The notes under the pieces are model-generated. The model saw nothing but the letters and a program-made list of their open reading frames with translations, did no database searches and was not told the origin of the DNA. A program made the position numbers and the translations under genes. A stretch of DNA of 64,000 nucleotides. Source: an uncultured Halobacteriales archaeon. GTDB lineage: Archaea; Halobacteriota; Halobacteria; Halobacteriales; Haloarculaceae. Positions 33,193-43,425 of this stretch are shown here, piece after piece (the first letter of the stretch is position 1; the number at the start of each line of letters is the position of its first letter). The stretch covers positions 5,889-69,888 of the forward strand of contig CAZMGU010000001.1 of assembly GCA_964565905.1 (NCBI GenBank). Reading direction: 5' to 3'.

Positions 33193-33596
33193 CAACGCCG
33201 AGTTCGAAAATATCCGATTCCGGCCCCTCTCGATCCGGTTCGGGAAGTCGACCGACACCCGGCCTGATACGTACCGTCGGTTGGTGGTCGTACTGTCGGC
33301 CGGTAGCCGCCACCGTTATCGCGTTTCGGTGGCGGCGCGCGCGAAGCGACGACCGGGGCCATCACGGCCGTGGAACGGCGATCGGTGGCCGAGTTCGGCG
33401 CGTGTTCGCCGCCCAGGACGCCGGGAACTGTCGGGAACGGACGATCTGTTTCCGAAACCCAGTACTTCGGGAAACTAGCCAGTACAGCCAATATACGCCG
33501 CGTATCGCTCGCGGGTATAACCCTGTCTATATGTGATATCCCTGTTTAGGGTTTCAATAGATTTATTGCGCCGCCTGACCGTGGATTCATTGGATC

Positions 33597-35369
33597 ATGG
33601 CAGCTGATGACACAAAATACAGCGATTTGGTAAACCGGCGACGCTTTATCGAGCTAGCCGGTGTCTCGGGCGCCGCCGCACTCGCGGGCTGTGACGGTGG
33701 TGGCTCCGGACAGAACGGTTCCGGTACGGGCGATTCGGACGGCGTCGTCGACAAGACGCACGCCAGCGCCCTCCAGGCCGACCCGACGAACCGGACGCTC
33801 AACAACTATCACACCCAGCTGGCCTCCGAGCCGGCCCGGCGTCTCGTGTTCGACCGGTACGTGGCGTACTCGTTCGAGACGAACGAGTTCATCATGGACG
33901 CCCTCGAGGAGTGGGAGTTCGAGGAGGACCAGGCCACGCTCACGTTCCGCGACGACCTCAGCTGGTCGAACGGCGATCAGGTAACGACCGAGGACATCGA
34001 CGTGCAGTTCCAGCTTCTGGAGAAGACCGGGAGCCAGCTCACGAGCTTCGTCGACAGCACGGAAGTCGTCGACGACCTGACGTACCAGCTGACCCTCACG
34101 GGACCGACGAACCCGCAGATGGTCAAGTTCGCGCTCTCGAACACGTGGGTCGACACGCCCGCCTCGGAGTTCGAGCAGTTCGTCGACCGCGACGCCTCCG
34201 AGCTTCAGACGTGGGTCTGGGAGGAGAACAGCGACAACGTGCTCACGAGCGGTCCGTTCAAGTACGAGGACCGGAACCAGCAGAACTGGAACTTCTCGCG
34301 CAACGAGGAGTACCGGCTCTCGGAGAACATCAACTTCAGCGAGTGGACGTTCGACGCGTACTCGGAAGCGTCCGTTCCGCAGCAGGACTTCAGCGCGGGC
34401 GGGAAGCGCTTCGACAGCGCGTGGAGTATGTTCGCAGCGCCGGAGACCGTCGATTCCTTCCAGGACTACGTCGTCGAGATCCGGAGTATCCTCGCGAAGT
34501 GGGGGTACGGAATGGTGTTCAACCACGACGACGAGATCTTTGGCGACCGCGCGGTCCGGCAGGCGATCGCCTACATCGTCAACCGGGAACAGATGGTCGA
34601 GAACTCGGGTCCGCGGACGAAGTTCGCCGCGTCGGTTCCCTGTGGGATCGCCCCCAAGGACATCGACACGTGGCTCGGTGACACGAAGAGCAACTTCGAG
34701 ACCTACGGCGTCGGCGAGTCCCAGACCGAGAAGGCGACGCAGGTCCTCGAGGACGCCGGGTACACGAAGAACAACGGTACCTGGGAGAACTCCGACGGGA
34801 CGAAGGTCCAGGCGGAGTACCTCACCCCCGGTGGCTGGTCCGACTTCACGACGAATACCAACACCGTCGTCGACCAGATGAACTCGTTCGGGTTCGACAT
34901 CTCCGTCGCGACCCGACCGACGAGCGACTGGCAGGGCGCGATCAGCGAGAGCAACTTCAAGATCGCGACCTTCTACTGGCTGCCGGGCCAGGCACGCTCG
35001 ACGTTCCCGTACTTCCCGCTGGAACACCAGCTCCGGTTCACCGCGATGAACGGCGGTCACAACTACCCGTTCGACTCCGAACAGACGATCCCGGCGATGG
35101 ACGGCAGCGGCGAGACGACCGTCACGCCGATCGAGACCGTCGAGCAGATCGCAGAGCAGCCGACGAACGACGACGCGCGACCGCTCGTTCAGGAGGCGGC
35201 GTGGCACAACAACGTCGACCTGCCGTTCCTGTCGCTCGTCTCCAAGTTCGAGCAGTCGTGGCTGACGAACGACGAGTGGGACGTCGTGGAAGAGGGCGAC
35301 CCCGACCGCGCCGTCAAGTGGCCGCCGTTCTGGCTGCCCCGCCGCGGGAAGCTCACGGCGCAGGAGTGA
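33597..35369 (+). CDS. ABC transporter family-5 substrate-binding lipoprotein (probable xylo-oligosaccharide binding)
   Basis: NRRRFI Tat motif, LAGC lipobox, WSNGDQVTTED, GPF, VRQAIAYIVNR. Confidence 0.88.
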   Translation: MAADDTKYSDLVNRRRFIELAGVSGAAALAGCDGGGSGQNGSGTGDSDGVVDKTHASALQADPTNRTLNNYHTQLASEPARRLVFDRYVAYSFETNEFIMDALEEWEFEEDQATLTFRDDLSWSNGDQVTTEDIDVQFQLLEKTGSQLTSFVDSTEVVDDLTYQLTLTGPTNPQMVKFALSNTWVDTPASEFEQFVDRDASELQTWVWEENSDNVLTSGPFKYEDRNQQNWNFSRNEEYRLSENINFSEWTFDAYSEASVPQQDFSAGGKRFDSAWSMFAAPETVDSFQDYVVEIRSILAKWGYGMVFNHDDEIFGDRAVRQAIAYIVNREQMVENSGPRTKFAASVPCGIAPKDIDTWLGDTKSNFETYGVGESQTEKATQVLEDAGYTKNNGTWENSDGTKVQAEYLTPGGWSDFTTNTNTVVDQMNSFGFDISVATRPTSDWQGAISESNFKIATFYWLPGQARSTFPYFPLEHQLRFTAMNGGHNYPFDSEQTIPAMDGSGETTVTPIETVEQIAEQPTNDDARPLVQEAAWHNNVDLPFLSLVSKFEQSWLTNDEWDVVEEGDPDRAVKWPPFWLPRRGKLTAQE

Positions 35370-35463
35370 TCGGCTGACGGCCACCCGTATCGATCGCAAC
35401 CACCCTCTTTCGACGCAAGCCGTCAGACCTTAGAGAGGGCACGTCAAAGTTACCCGATAGAGC

Positions 35464-36468
35464 ATGGTCAATTACTACGTACGACGCACTGCCCGCGTGT
35501 TCGCAACCATTTTCGCCGTGATGACGGCCACCTTCGGACTGATACGTCTCCTGCCAGGTGGCCCCTTCTCACAGCTACGCGCCGAGTTGCTCCGACAGGG
35601 TGTCCCACCGGACCAGGTCAACGAGCAGATCCAGAATCTGCAGAACATCCAGCCCGACGCACCGCTGTGGGAACAGTACATCAACTACATGATCTCGGCC
35701 GCGCAGCTGAACCTCGGGACGTCCATCAGTATGGGCGAACCGATCGTTCAGGTCATCGCCGGGGCCGCCCCGTGGACCATCTTCGTCGTGACCGTCTCGA
35801 CGATCCTGATGTTCGTCTTCGGCATCCTCCTGGGGGCGCTCCAGGCGTACAAGGAGGGGTCGAAGTTCGACACTATCGTGTCGACCTCCTCGATGGCCGC
35901 GATGTCGGTCCCGTTCTACGTGGTCGCGATCCTCGCGCTGCTGGTGTTCGCGTACCGCCTCGGCTGGTTCCCGGCGTCGGGGACCGTCGACCAAAGCATC
36001 GAGAACCCGTGGAGCCTGGAGTACTTCGTGAGCGTACTCAGATACGGCGCGCTGCCGATATTCTCGTTCACGATCACGGGGATCGGATCGCAGGCGCTGG
36101 CGATGCGGGGTAACAGTATCCAGGTGCTCGGGCAGGACTTCGTCGAGGTGGCACGCCTCCGCGGCCTCTCCGACACCCGGATCTCGACCCGGTACGTCGC
36201 CCGGAACGCGATCCTCCCGATGTACACCGGCTTCCTGCTCCTGCTCGGGTTCCGCCTCGGCGGGACGATCATCCTGGAGAAGATATTCAACTACCCTGGA
36301 CTGGGCTACTACATGATCCAGGGGGTCAACCGGAACGACTACCCGCTGATGATGGGGACGTTCCTCGTCATCACGGTCGTCTTGGTCGTCGCCGTCTTCG
36401 TCGCCGACCTCACCTACAGCAAGATAGATCCGCGTATCAGCGCGGGTGACTCAAGTGAAGCATACTGA
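35464..36468 (+). CDS. ABC permease (DppB/OppB type)
   Basis: LLPGGP, PLWEQY, DFVEVARLRGLS, ARNAILP, EKIFNYPGLG, DYPL. Confidence 0.93.
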   Translation: MVNYYVRRTARVFATIFAVMTATFGLIRLLPGGPFSQLRAELLRQGVPPDQVNEQIQNLQNIQPDAPLWEQYINYMISAAQLNLGTSISMGEPIVQVIAGAAPWTIFVVTVSTILMFVFGILLGALQAYKEGSKFDTIVSTSSMAAMSVPFYVVAILALLVFAYRLGWFPASGTVDQSIENPWSLEYFVSVLRYGALPIFSFTITGIGSQALAMRGNSIQVLGQDFVEVARLRGLSDTRISTRYVARNAILPMYTGFLLLLGFRLGGTIILEKIFNYPGLGYYMIQGVNRNDYPLMMGTFLVITVVLVVAVFVADLTYSKIDPRISAGDSSEAY

Positions 36469-37480
36469 AACCGACGCACCGAACGACGGATTCGACTGGC
36501 ACACGGAGAGCGCCAGCGCCGAACTGACTCGCGGTGACCGCCTCCGCGAGTTCTACGAACAGAAGCTGTACGAGCCCGCCATCGTCGCGTGGTCGGACCT
36601 GCGGACCCGTATCGGGATGGTGATACTCGCGTTCTACATCCTGATCGCGTTCGTCGGCGTCTTCCACCTCTGGCCCGCACCGACGACGAACCAGGGGCCC
36701 CGCCTCGTCGGGATGTTCGAGTCCCTGCAGCATCCGCTCGGGACGACGGCCTCGGGGGTCGACCTGGTGGCGGCCATCGTCCACTCGACGCCCGACATCC
36801 TGATAATGGTCGCGGCCGGCGGCGTCTGGGCGACCGGCGTCGCGGTCCTCGTCGGCACGCTGGCGGGATACAAGGGCGGGACGGTCGACACCGTGCTCAT
36901 GTCCATCTCGGACTTCTTCATGGCCATCCCCGGCCTCCCGCTGGTGATCATCCTGGCCATCACGTTCAGTCCGGAGAACCCCATCTTCGTCGGGGTCATC
37001 CTGACGATCAACTACTGGGCCGGACTCGGCCGGTCGCTGCGCTCGCAGGTCCTCACGATCCGCGAGGACAGCTACGTCGAGGCCTCCCGGACGATGGGGG
37101 TCAGCACGCCGAAGATCCTGCTCAAGGACGTCATCCCGAACCTGATGCCGTACGTGACCGTGAACTTCGTGTTCGCGGCCCGGTACACCATCTTCGCATC
37201 GGTCGGGCTGTACTTCCTGGGTGTGTTGCCCTACACCGGGAAACCGTGGGGGGTCACGCTCGCGAACGCGCAGGCGAACGGCGCGCTGTTCGTTTCCGCC
37301 GCGGCGCACTGGCTCATCGCGCCGATGATCGCCATCGTCGGTCTCGCGCTCGCGCTCATCCTCATCGGTCAGGGGCTGGACCAGGTGTTCAATCCGCGCG
37401 TCCGGACCCGACTCGCCGGTGAGTCCGAGTCGGTCGAGGACCCCGAGGCGGAGTCGTCGACCGGCGGCGGCCTGATATAA
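36446..37480 (+). CDS. ABC permease (DppC/OppC type)
   Basis: HPLGTTASGVD, AGYKGG, YVEASRTMG, IPN, FNPR; exact start uncertain. Confidence 0.92.
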   Translation: MTQVKHTETDAPNDGFDWHTESASAELTRGDRLREFYEQKLYEPAIVAWSDLRTRIGMVILAFYILIAFVGVFHLWPAPTTNQGPRLVGMFESLQHPLGTTASGVDLVAAIVHSTPDILIMVAAGGVWATGVAVLVGTLAGYKGGTVDTVLMSISDFFMAIPGLPLVIILAITFSPENPIFVGVILTINYWAGLGRSLRSQVLTIREDSYVEASRTMGVSTPKILLKDVIPNLMPYVTVNFVFAARYTIFASVGLYFLGVLPYTGKPWGVTLANAQANGALFVSAAAHWLIAPMIAIVGLALALILIGQGLDQVFNPRVRTRLAGESESVEDPEAESSTGGGLI

Positions 37481-37596
37481 GGGGCCGTCGGACGCCGCGT
37501 CACTCTCTCTATCTCTCGCGACTTCTCCCACGGCACGGGTAGCCGCCGCTCCTCTCGGATCGGGAGCTTCAATACCGGCCGCGAACAGGTCGACAC

Positions 37597-37830
37597 GTGC
37601 CCGACGGATCGAAGGCTGTCGACGTCGTCTGTGGCCAGCGCCACCAGATACCGCTCGCGCTGGCCGCCCTCATCGCGATGGGGCTGTTGTTACTGGTGTC
37701 GATACTCTACGTCTCGCCCGGCGACGACGCGTACCCCATCGTCGTCATCGACGCCGTCCTCATCGTCCTCTCGCTCGTCGCCTTCACCGGGACCTACTGG
37801 TACTGTACCAGGCGCGCCATGGAGTCGTAG
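37597..37830 (+). CDS. Small two-TM membrane protein
   Basis: 77 aa with two hydrophobic helices; GTG start, exact start uncertain. Confidence 0.65.
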   Translation: MPDGSKAVDVVCGQRHQIPLALAALIAMGLLLLVSILYVSPGDDAYPIVVIDAVLIVLSLVAFTGTYWYCTRRAMES

Positions 37831-37877
37831 CGGCCGTCACTTTCCGGCCGACGCATCGAAAAACAGCGGCGACGACC

Positions 37878-38780
37878 CTAGTTCTCGAGGAACGCAGCGG
37901 TCTCCTCGGCCAGTTCGACGGCGTCCTCGTCGTCCTCCGAGGCCGCGAGTTCGCGGAGCGGTTCGACCGCCCGCTCGTCGCCTAGGAAGCCGAGCGCGCG
38001 CACCGCGCGGGCGCGGACCCGCTGGTCGTCGTGGTCGAGCAGGTCGACGAGGTCGTCGAAGGCCGGCGCGGCGACGTCGGCGTCGGCCCGCGCCACCGCG
38101 GCGAGCGCGTCGACGGCGGCCCCGACGATGGGTGCGTCGTCGTGGTCGAGCAGGTCCCGGAGGTCGTCGACGTGGTCGAAGAGCGCCGGGGGTTCGGCCT
38201 CGGCGACCGCGACGATGGCGTTGGCGAGCGTCCCGAGCGTCTGGAGCTTCATCCGGTACTCCTCCTGCTCGTGCCTGACCATCGTCTCGCGCGTCTCCTG
38301 GTTCTCGACCATGTTCACCCCCTCGCTGGGTTCGAACGAGCCGGGGTGGTCGTACAGCGCCGGGAAGAGGCGGTCGACGGACGATGCGCCCGCCTCGGGG
38401 TGTTCGACGACGACGGCGGCGAATATCCGTGCGCCGAGCCACTGGATGGCGTTGACGTCGTGTTTCGTCAGCCCCACGATGGCCGGGACCACGTCGGTGA
38501 GTTCGCCGGGGTGCTCCGCGGCGAGCGAGAGCAGCGCGTTGCCGGCCTGCTGGGCGACGGCCGCGCTCTCGTCGTCGAGCAACGCGGCGAGGTCGTCGAC
38601 GAGCGGTCCGATGGCTTCGGGGTTCTCGTCCGCGACCATCCTGCAGGTCCGGGTACCGCGCTGGCGTTCGTTGGCCTCGTCGGCGGTCAGCACCGACCGG
38701 ATGGTCGCCAGGTCCTCGTCGCTCAGTTCCTCGGACTCCGGATCGACGTCGCCGACCGGAACGGACGTGTCCTCACCCAT
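37878..38780 (-). CDS. HEAT-repeat protein
   Basis: Repeated L..LLD.DD..VR..A..AL helical units, ending VRARAVRALGFLGDERAVEPL. Confidence 0.82.
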   Translation of the reverse strand: MGEDTSVPVGDVDPESEELSDEDLATIRSVLTADEANERQRGTRTCRMVADENPEAIGPLVDDLAALLDDESAAVAQQAGNALLSLAAEHPGELTDVVPAIVGLTKHDVNAIQWLGARIFAAVVVEHPEAGASSVDRLFPALYDHPGSFEPSEGVNMVENQETRETMVRHEQEEYRMKLQTLGTLANAIVAVAEAEPPALFDHVDDLRDLLDHDDAPIVGAAVDALAAVARADADVAAPAFDDLVDLLDHDDQRVRARAVRALGFLGDERAVEPLRELAASEDDEDAVELAEETAAFLEN

Positions 38781-38931
38781 TGACAGGGGTATCGGCGTCG
38801 ACGGCCAAATACGTGTGGATCCGTCCGTCGCGGCGGGCGGCGTCCGGACGGTCCCGCGCGGTACCCGGGCGACTATCGACCGTGAGATTCGTGTCCATAG
38901 ATTTAACCGGAGCCACCCGGATCCCCCAGCT

Positions 38932-41013
38932 ATGCCGGTTACCGACTACGACGACTGCTGGCTGCGCTACGACGAGATCGACGACCCGGAACGCCGCGAG
39001 TCCTACGCGACCCGCTGTCGACACGTGTACGCCGCCGAGAGTTCGCCACAGCACGGGGCCGTCCGCGACGAACTGCGCGAGGGTCTCGGTGGACTGCTCG
39101 GCGAGGAACCGCACCTGTGGCAACACCCGCCCCGGTCCGCGGACGCATTTCTAGCGGTCGGCCAGCCGGACCTGATGGAGGTCGTCGCGGACTCGGTCGA
39201 CGCCGAGATGGTCCGTTCGCTGGACGACGACGGCTACCACCTGCGTTCGACCACGTGGGAGGGGTCGGAGGTCACCGTCGTCACTGCCCCCACCGACCGG
39301 GGACTCGTCTACGGAACCTTCCACCTGCTGCGCCTGATGGCACGGGGCGAACCGATCGACGACCTCGACGTCGTCGAGGAACCGCGCAACGCCGAGCGCA
39401 TCGTCGACCAGTGGGACGAACCGTTCCGCGGCACCGTCGAGCGCGGCTACGCCGGCGAGTCCATCTTCAAGTGGGAGCACCTCCCGGACCTGCGCGAGCG
39501 GTACTTCGACTACGCCCGTCTGCTGGCCTCCGTCGGCATCAACGGCATCGTCCTGAATGACGTCAACACGACCCGACCGGAGCGCCCGGGCGACCTCCCG
39601 GGCACCGGCGAGTTCGAGGGGGTCCACCTCCTCGAAGAGCAGCACCTGCCGAAGGTCGCCGCGCTCGCGTCCGTCTTCCGCCGGTACGGCATCGACACCT
39701 ACCTCTCGGTCAACTACGCCTCACCCATCTTCGTCGGCGACCTGGACACCGCCGACCCGCTCGACGACGAGGTGGCGGCCTGGTGGACCGAGAAGGTGGA
39801 CGAACTGTACGACCTGATCCCCGACTTCGGCGGCTTCCTCGTCAAGGCCGACTCGGAGGGTCAGCCGGGGCCCTACGACTACGACCGGAGCCACGCGGAG
39901 GGAGCCAACGTCCTCGGCCGGGCGTTCGAGTCCCACCCCGGGCGCGTCTTCTGGCGAGCGTTCGTCTACTCGGACCACGACGACCGCGCTGTCCAGGCCT
40001 ACGCCACGTTCGAACCGCTCGACGGCGAGTTCCACGACAAGGTCACCGTGCAGGTGAAGAACGGCCCGATAGACTTCCAGCCCCGCGAACCCGTCTCCTC
40101 CCTGTTCGGCGCGATGCCGGACACCCACCTCGCGCTCGAACTCCAGATCACACAGGAGTACACGGGCCAGGGCGTCCACGTCTGCTCCCATCTCCCGCTC
40201 TGGGAGGAGTTTTTCGAGTTCGACACCCACGCCGACGGCGAGGGGAGCCCCGTCGGGGACGTGTTCGCGGACACGGACGGCGAGGGCATCGCCGGCGTGG
40301 GGAACGTCGGCGAGGACCGGAACTGGTTCGGCAACTACCTCGCGGGCGTGAACCTCTACGGCTACGGGCGGTTCGCCTGGGACCCTGAACTGGACGCCGA
40401 GTCGGTCACCGAGGAGTGGGCCGGGCTGACGTTCGGCGACGACCCCGACGTCGTCGACACCGTCACCGCCGTCCTCCAGGACTCGTGGGAGGCCACCGTC
40501 GACTACGAGACGGGCGGCCTCGGCCTCATCCACATGATGTACAACGGCGAGGCGCGCCTGGAGAACCACTACGACCCCTCGCCGGCGGAGTGGCCGGGCT
40601 ACACCGGTGCGACGGAGGACGGCATCGGCTACGACCGCAGTTCGAGCGGGAGCGACTACGCCGGCCAGTTCGCGGACCCGGTCGCGGAGCGCTACAACGA
40701 CCCGGAGACGTGCCCGAAGGAACTGCTCCTCTTCTTCCACCACCTCCCCTGGGACCACGAACTCGACGACGGGCGGACCGTCGTGCAGACGCTGTACGAC
40801 AACTGCTTCGCCGGCGTCGAGGAGGTCAAGCGCCTGCGCGAGCAGTGGCGCTCGCTCGAGGGGGAGATAGACGCGGAGCGACACCGGCACGTCGCCGAGC
40901 GGTTCGACGAACACGTCCGCCAGGCCGGTCGCTGGCGGGACGCCATCTGCTCGTACTTCTACGAGCACTCGGGGATTCCAGACGAACGCGGGCGCGTCCC
41001 GATAGCGGAGTGA
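38932..41013 (+). CDS. aguA: Alpha-glucuronidase (GH67)
   Basis: CWLRY, VERGYAG, YARLLASVGING, GFLVKADSEGQPGP, WRAFVY, KNGPIDFQPREP, ELQITQEYTGQ, LLLFFHH; start ATG 38932. Confidence 0.95.
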   Translation: MPVTDYDDCWLRYDEIDDPERRESYATRCRHVYAAESSPQHGAVRDELREGLGGLLGEEPHLWQHPPRSADAFLAVGQPDLMEVVADSVDAEMVRSLDDDGYHLRSTTWEGSEVTVVTAPTDRGLVYGTFHLLRLMARGEPIDDLDVVEEPRNAERIVDQWDEPFRGTVERGYAGESIFKWEHLPDLRERYFDYARLLASVGINGIVLNDVNTTRPERPGDLPGTGEFEGVHLLEEQHLPKVAALASVFRRYGIDTYLSVNYASPIFVGDLDTADPLDDEVAAWWTEKVDELYDLIPDFGGFLVKADSEGQPGPYDYDRSHAEGANVLGRAFESHPGRVFWRAFVYSDHDDRAVQAYATFEPLDGEFHDKVTVQVKNGPIDFQPREPVSSLFGAMPDTHLALELQITQEYTGQGVHVCSHLPLWEEFFEFDTHADGEGSPVGDVFADTDGEGIAGVGNVGEDRNWFGNYLAGVNLYGYGRFAWDPELDAESVTEEWAGLTFGDDPDVVDTVTAVLQDSWEATVDYETGGLGLIHMMYNGEARLENHYDPSPAEWPGYTGATEDGIGYDRSSSGSDYAGQFADPVAERYNDPETCPKELLLFFHHLPWDHELDDGRTVVQTLYDNCFAGVEEVKRLREQWRSLEGEIDAERHRHVAERFDEHVRQAGRWRDAICSYFYEHSGIPDERGRVPIAE

Positions 41014-41149
41014 GGCGCGGGCGGCCCGCGATTCGGTTCCGCCGCCGGCCCGAAGCGACCCTCGTCCCGGTCCACCGTCGACTCAGCTTGCGTCACGTGG
41101 GGAATTATTTTATACGACGACTGGGCTTTTCCTACCAGGTACTTCGTAC

Positions 41150-43306
41150 ATGAAACGGGACCCGGTAGACGACGGGTGGAACAGGCGAACGGTTCTGGGG
41201 ACGCTCTCGGCGATGGGAGCCCTCGGGACGGGCACCTTCGCGGGAACGGTCGGCGCACAGACAGACGACGGAGACGCGTATCACGACGCGCTCCTGGCCG
41301 ACCTGCAGGAGACCTACGGCCTGCCGGCGGGGGAGTTCGTCTACGGTTCGACCGAAGCGGAGACCATCGACGCCTTCGCCCTCGAAGGGGCGGGGAGCGG
41401 GAGCGAGACGGCGTTCGACGTCGAGGCGGACGTCCCGTTCACGCGGGGCGTCCGCATCGAAGTCGCGGAGGAACCGAGTAACAACTACGACTACACGTAC
41501 CAGGGGTTCGTCACCGACCGATCCTTCGAGGCGGGGGACGTCCTCCTCGGCGTCGCGTCCCTCCGGAGCGAGACGGACGGGGCCGAGGTGCAGGCCGGAT
41601 TCAAGTACCGGTACACGGACTCGAACGGCGAGACGTCGTACAGTAGCACCTACGTCACGGACGGCGCGACCGTCCAGCCGACGGCGGAGTGGACGCGGTA
41701 CTACTTCCCCATCGAGGTCGGGGAGAAACCCGACGGCTCCGAGTTCGAACCGTACATCGAGTTCTGGACCGGCTTCACCGAGCAGACGGTGGAGTTCGGC
41801 GGCGTCGCGCTGGTGGACTACGGCGACGCCGACGTGGCAGTCGGTGACCTCCCCGCGGGGTCGAGCGACGGCGCACCCAGTCCGCTAATCGACTACGAGG
41901 GCCGCGAAGCGGGCGCGCAGTGGCGAAGCGAGGCCGAGGACCGGATAGACGAGGTCCGCAAGAGCGACCTCGGCGTGACCGTCGTCGACTCGGACGGGAC
42001 GCCGGTCCCGGACGCGGCCGTCTCCGTCCGGATGCAGGAACACGCGTTCGACTTCGGAAGTGCCGTCTCCGCCGAACACGTCAACGGCGACGGCGACGAC
42101 GACGAGACCTACCGGGAGACGTTTCTGGAGGACTTCAACGTGGGCGTCCTCGAGAACGCCCTCAAGTATCCCTCCTTCCGCGGGTCCTGGGGCGACAGCA
42201 AGGAGGGCGCCCTGGCGGCGCTGGACTGGCTCGCGGAACGCGACGTCCCCGCTCGCGGCCACTACCTCGTGTGGGAGGAGTACGGCACCGACGGCGGCGG
42301 CGGCATGGCCATCGAGGACCCCGACTCCCTCTCCGACGAGGAACTCCAGACCCGGATGCTCGATCTGATCCGGAACCACGCCACCGACGTCGGCGACCGG
42401 GTGGCGGAGTGGGACATGCACAACCACCCCATCTGGCAGAGCGCCATCCGCGACCGTCTCGGGTGGGACGCCGTCCTCGAGTGGTGGGAGGCCGGGAACG
42501 AGGCCACGGACGCGGAACTGTACACCAACGAGATGGGTAACGTCGCGGGCGGGTTCAACCGCGACCAGCACTACGAGTTCGTCGAGCGCCTGCTCGACGA
42601 CGGCGCACCGGTCGACGGCGTCGGCTTCATGGGCCACGCCCAGTTGCCCGAGGGGAACGTCACGCCACCCGCGGAGTTGCTCTCGACGTACGACCGGTTC
42701 GCCGAACTCGACCTCCCCGTCCTGATCACCGAGTTCGACGTCCAGATAGACAGCCGGGACGACGAGGAGGAGGTCGAGTGGCAGACCGACTACCTCCGGG
42801 ACTTCCTGACGGCGTCGTTCAGCCACGAGGCCGTCGAGGGCGTGATATCCTGGGGGTTCTGGGCCGACGACCACTGGCGACCGACCGGGGCCTACTACGA
42901 CTCGGACTGGACGCTCCGGCCACACGGCGAGCAGTACCACGACCTGGTGTACGACGAGTGGTGGACCGAGGAGGACGGCGAGACGGACGTCGACGGCGCG
43001 TACGCCACCCGCGCCTTCCGGGGCGAGTACGAGATAACGGTGGAGTACGAGGGCGAGTCGGCCACGAGGACGACGACCCTCTCCGAGGGCGGCGTGACCG
43101 AGGAGTTTCGGCTGGACGTCGAGGTGGCGACCCCGACCGAATCGCCGACCGAGACGGAATCCGCGACGCCCGCGACCGACACCGACGCGACCGAAGCGTC
43201 GGGGCCGGGCCTCGGCGTGGCGTCCGCGCTGGCCGGCGTCGGCGGCTACGCGCTCGCGCGCCGGCACGGCGACGCCGACGACGCGGACGACGCCGGCGCG
43301 GAGTAG
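41150..43306 (+). CDS. Secreted, membrane-anchored GH10 endo-xylanase-like protein with N-terminal CBM-like domain
   Basis: NRRTVL Tat signal, HAFDFGSAV, ENALK, RGHYLVW, GVGFMGH, LITEFD, WGFW; Thr/Glu/Pro linker then GPGLG-TM-RR tail resembling PGF-CTERM. Confidence 0.88.
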   Translation: MKRDPVDDGWNRRTVLGTLSAMGALGTGTFAGTVGAQTDDGDAYHDALLADLQETYGLPAGEFVYGSTEAETIDAFALEGAGSGSETAFDVEADVPFTRGVRIEVAEEPSNNYDYTYQGFVTDRSFEAGDVLLGVASLRSETDGAEVQAGFKYRYTDSNGETSYSSTYVTDGATVQPTAEWTRYYFPIEVGEKPDGSEFEPYIEFWTGFTEQTVEFGGVALVDYGDADVAVGDLPAGSSDGAPSPLIDYEGREAGAQWRSEAEDRIDEVRKSDLGVTVVDSDGTPVPDAAVSVRMQEHAFDFGSAVSAEHVNGDGDDDETYRETFLEDFNVGVLENALKYPSFRGSWGDSKEGALAALDWLAERDVPARGHYLVWEEYGTDGGGGMAIEDPDSLSDEELQTRMLDLIRNHATDVGDRVAEWDMHNHPIWQSAIRDRLGWDAVLEWWEAGNEATDAELYTNEMGNVAGGFNRDQHYEFVERLLDDGAPVDGVGFMGHAQLPEGNVTPPAELLSTYDRFAELDLPVLITEFDVQIDSRDDEEEVEWQTDYLRDFLTASFSHEAVEGVISWGFWADDHWRPTGAYYDSDWTLRPHGEQYHDLVYDEWWTEEDGETDVDGAYATRAFRGEYEITVEYEGESATRTTTLSEGGVTEEFRLDVEVATPTESPTETESATPATDTDATEASGPGLGVASALAGVGGYALARRHGDADDADDAGAE

Positions 43307-43392
43307 TCGCCCGGTCCGGTTCGCTTCCTGTCTTCTCTCGTCCGTCGAGTCACGGCTGCCGCTACCGATCGGAGCGGGATCGAACGTCGACG

Positions 43393-43398
43393 AAAAAA
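43393..43398 (-). terminator. Probable oligo-T terminator of xacF
   Basis: TTTTTT on the minus strand about 30 nt past the stop codon. Confidence 0.45.
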
Positions 43399-43425
43399 CG
43401 GGTCGCGAACCGCGAAGTCGGCCGT

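Noticed and set aside
38128-38931. N-terminal extension of GH67 (961-aa ORF)
   Set aside because: Antisense to the HEAT gene; GH67 homology starts at MPVTDYDDCWLRY (38932).
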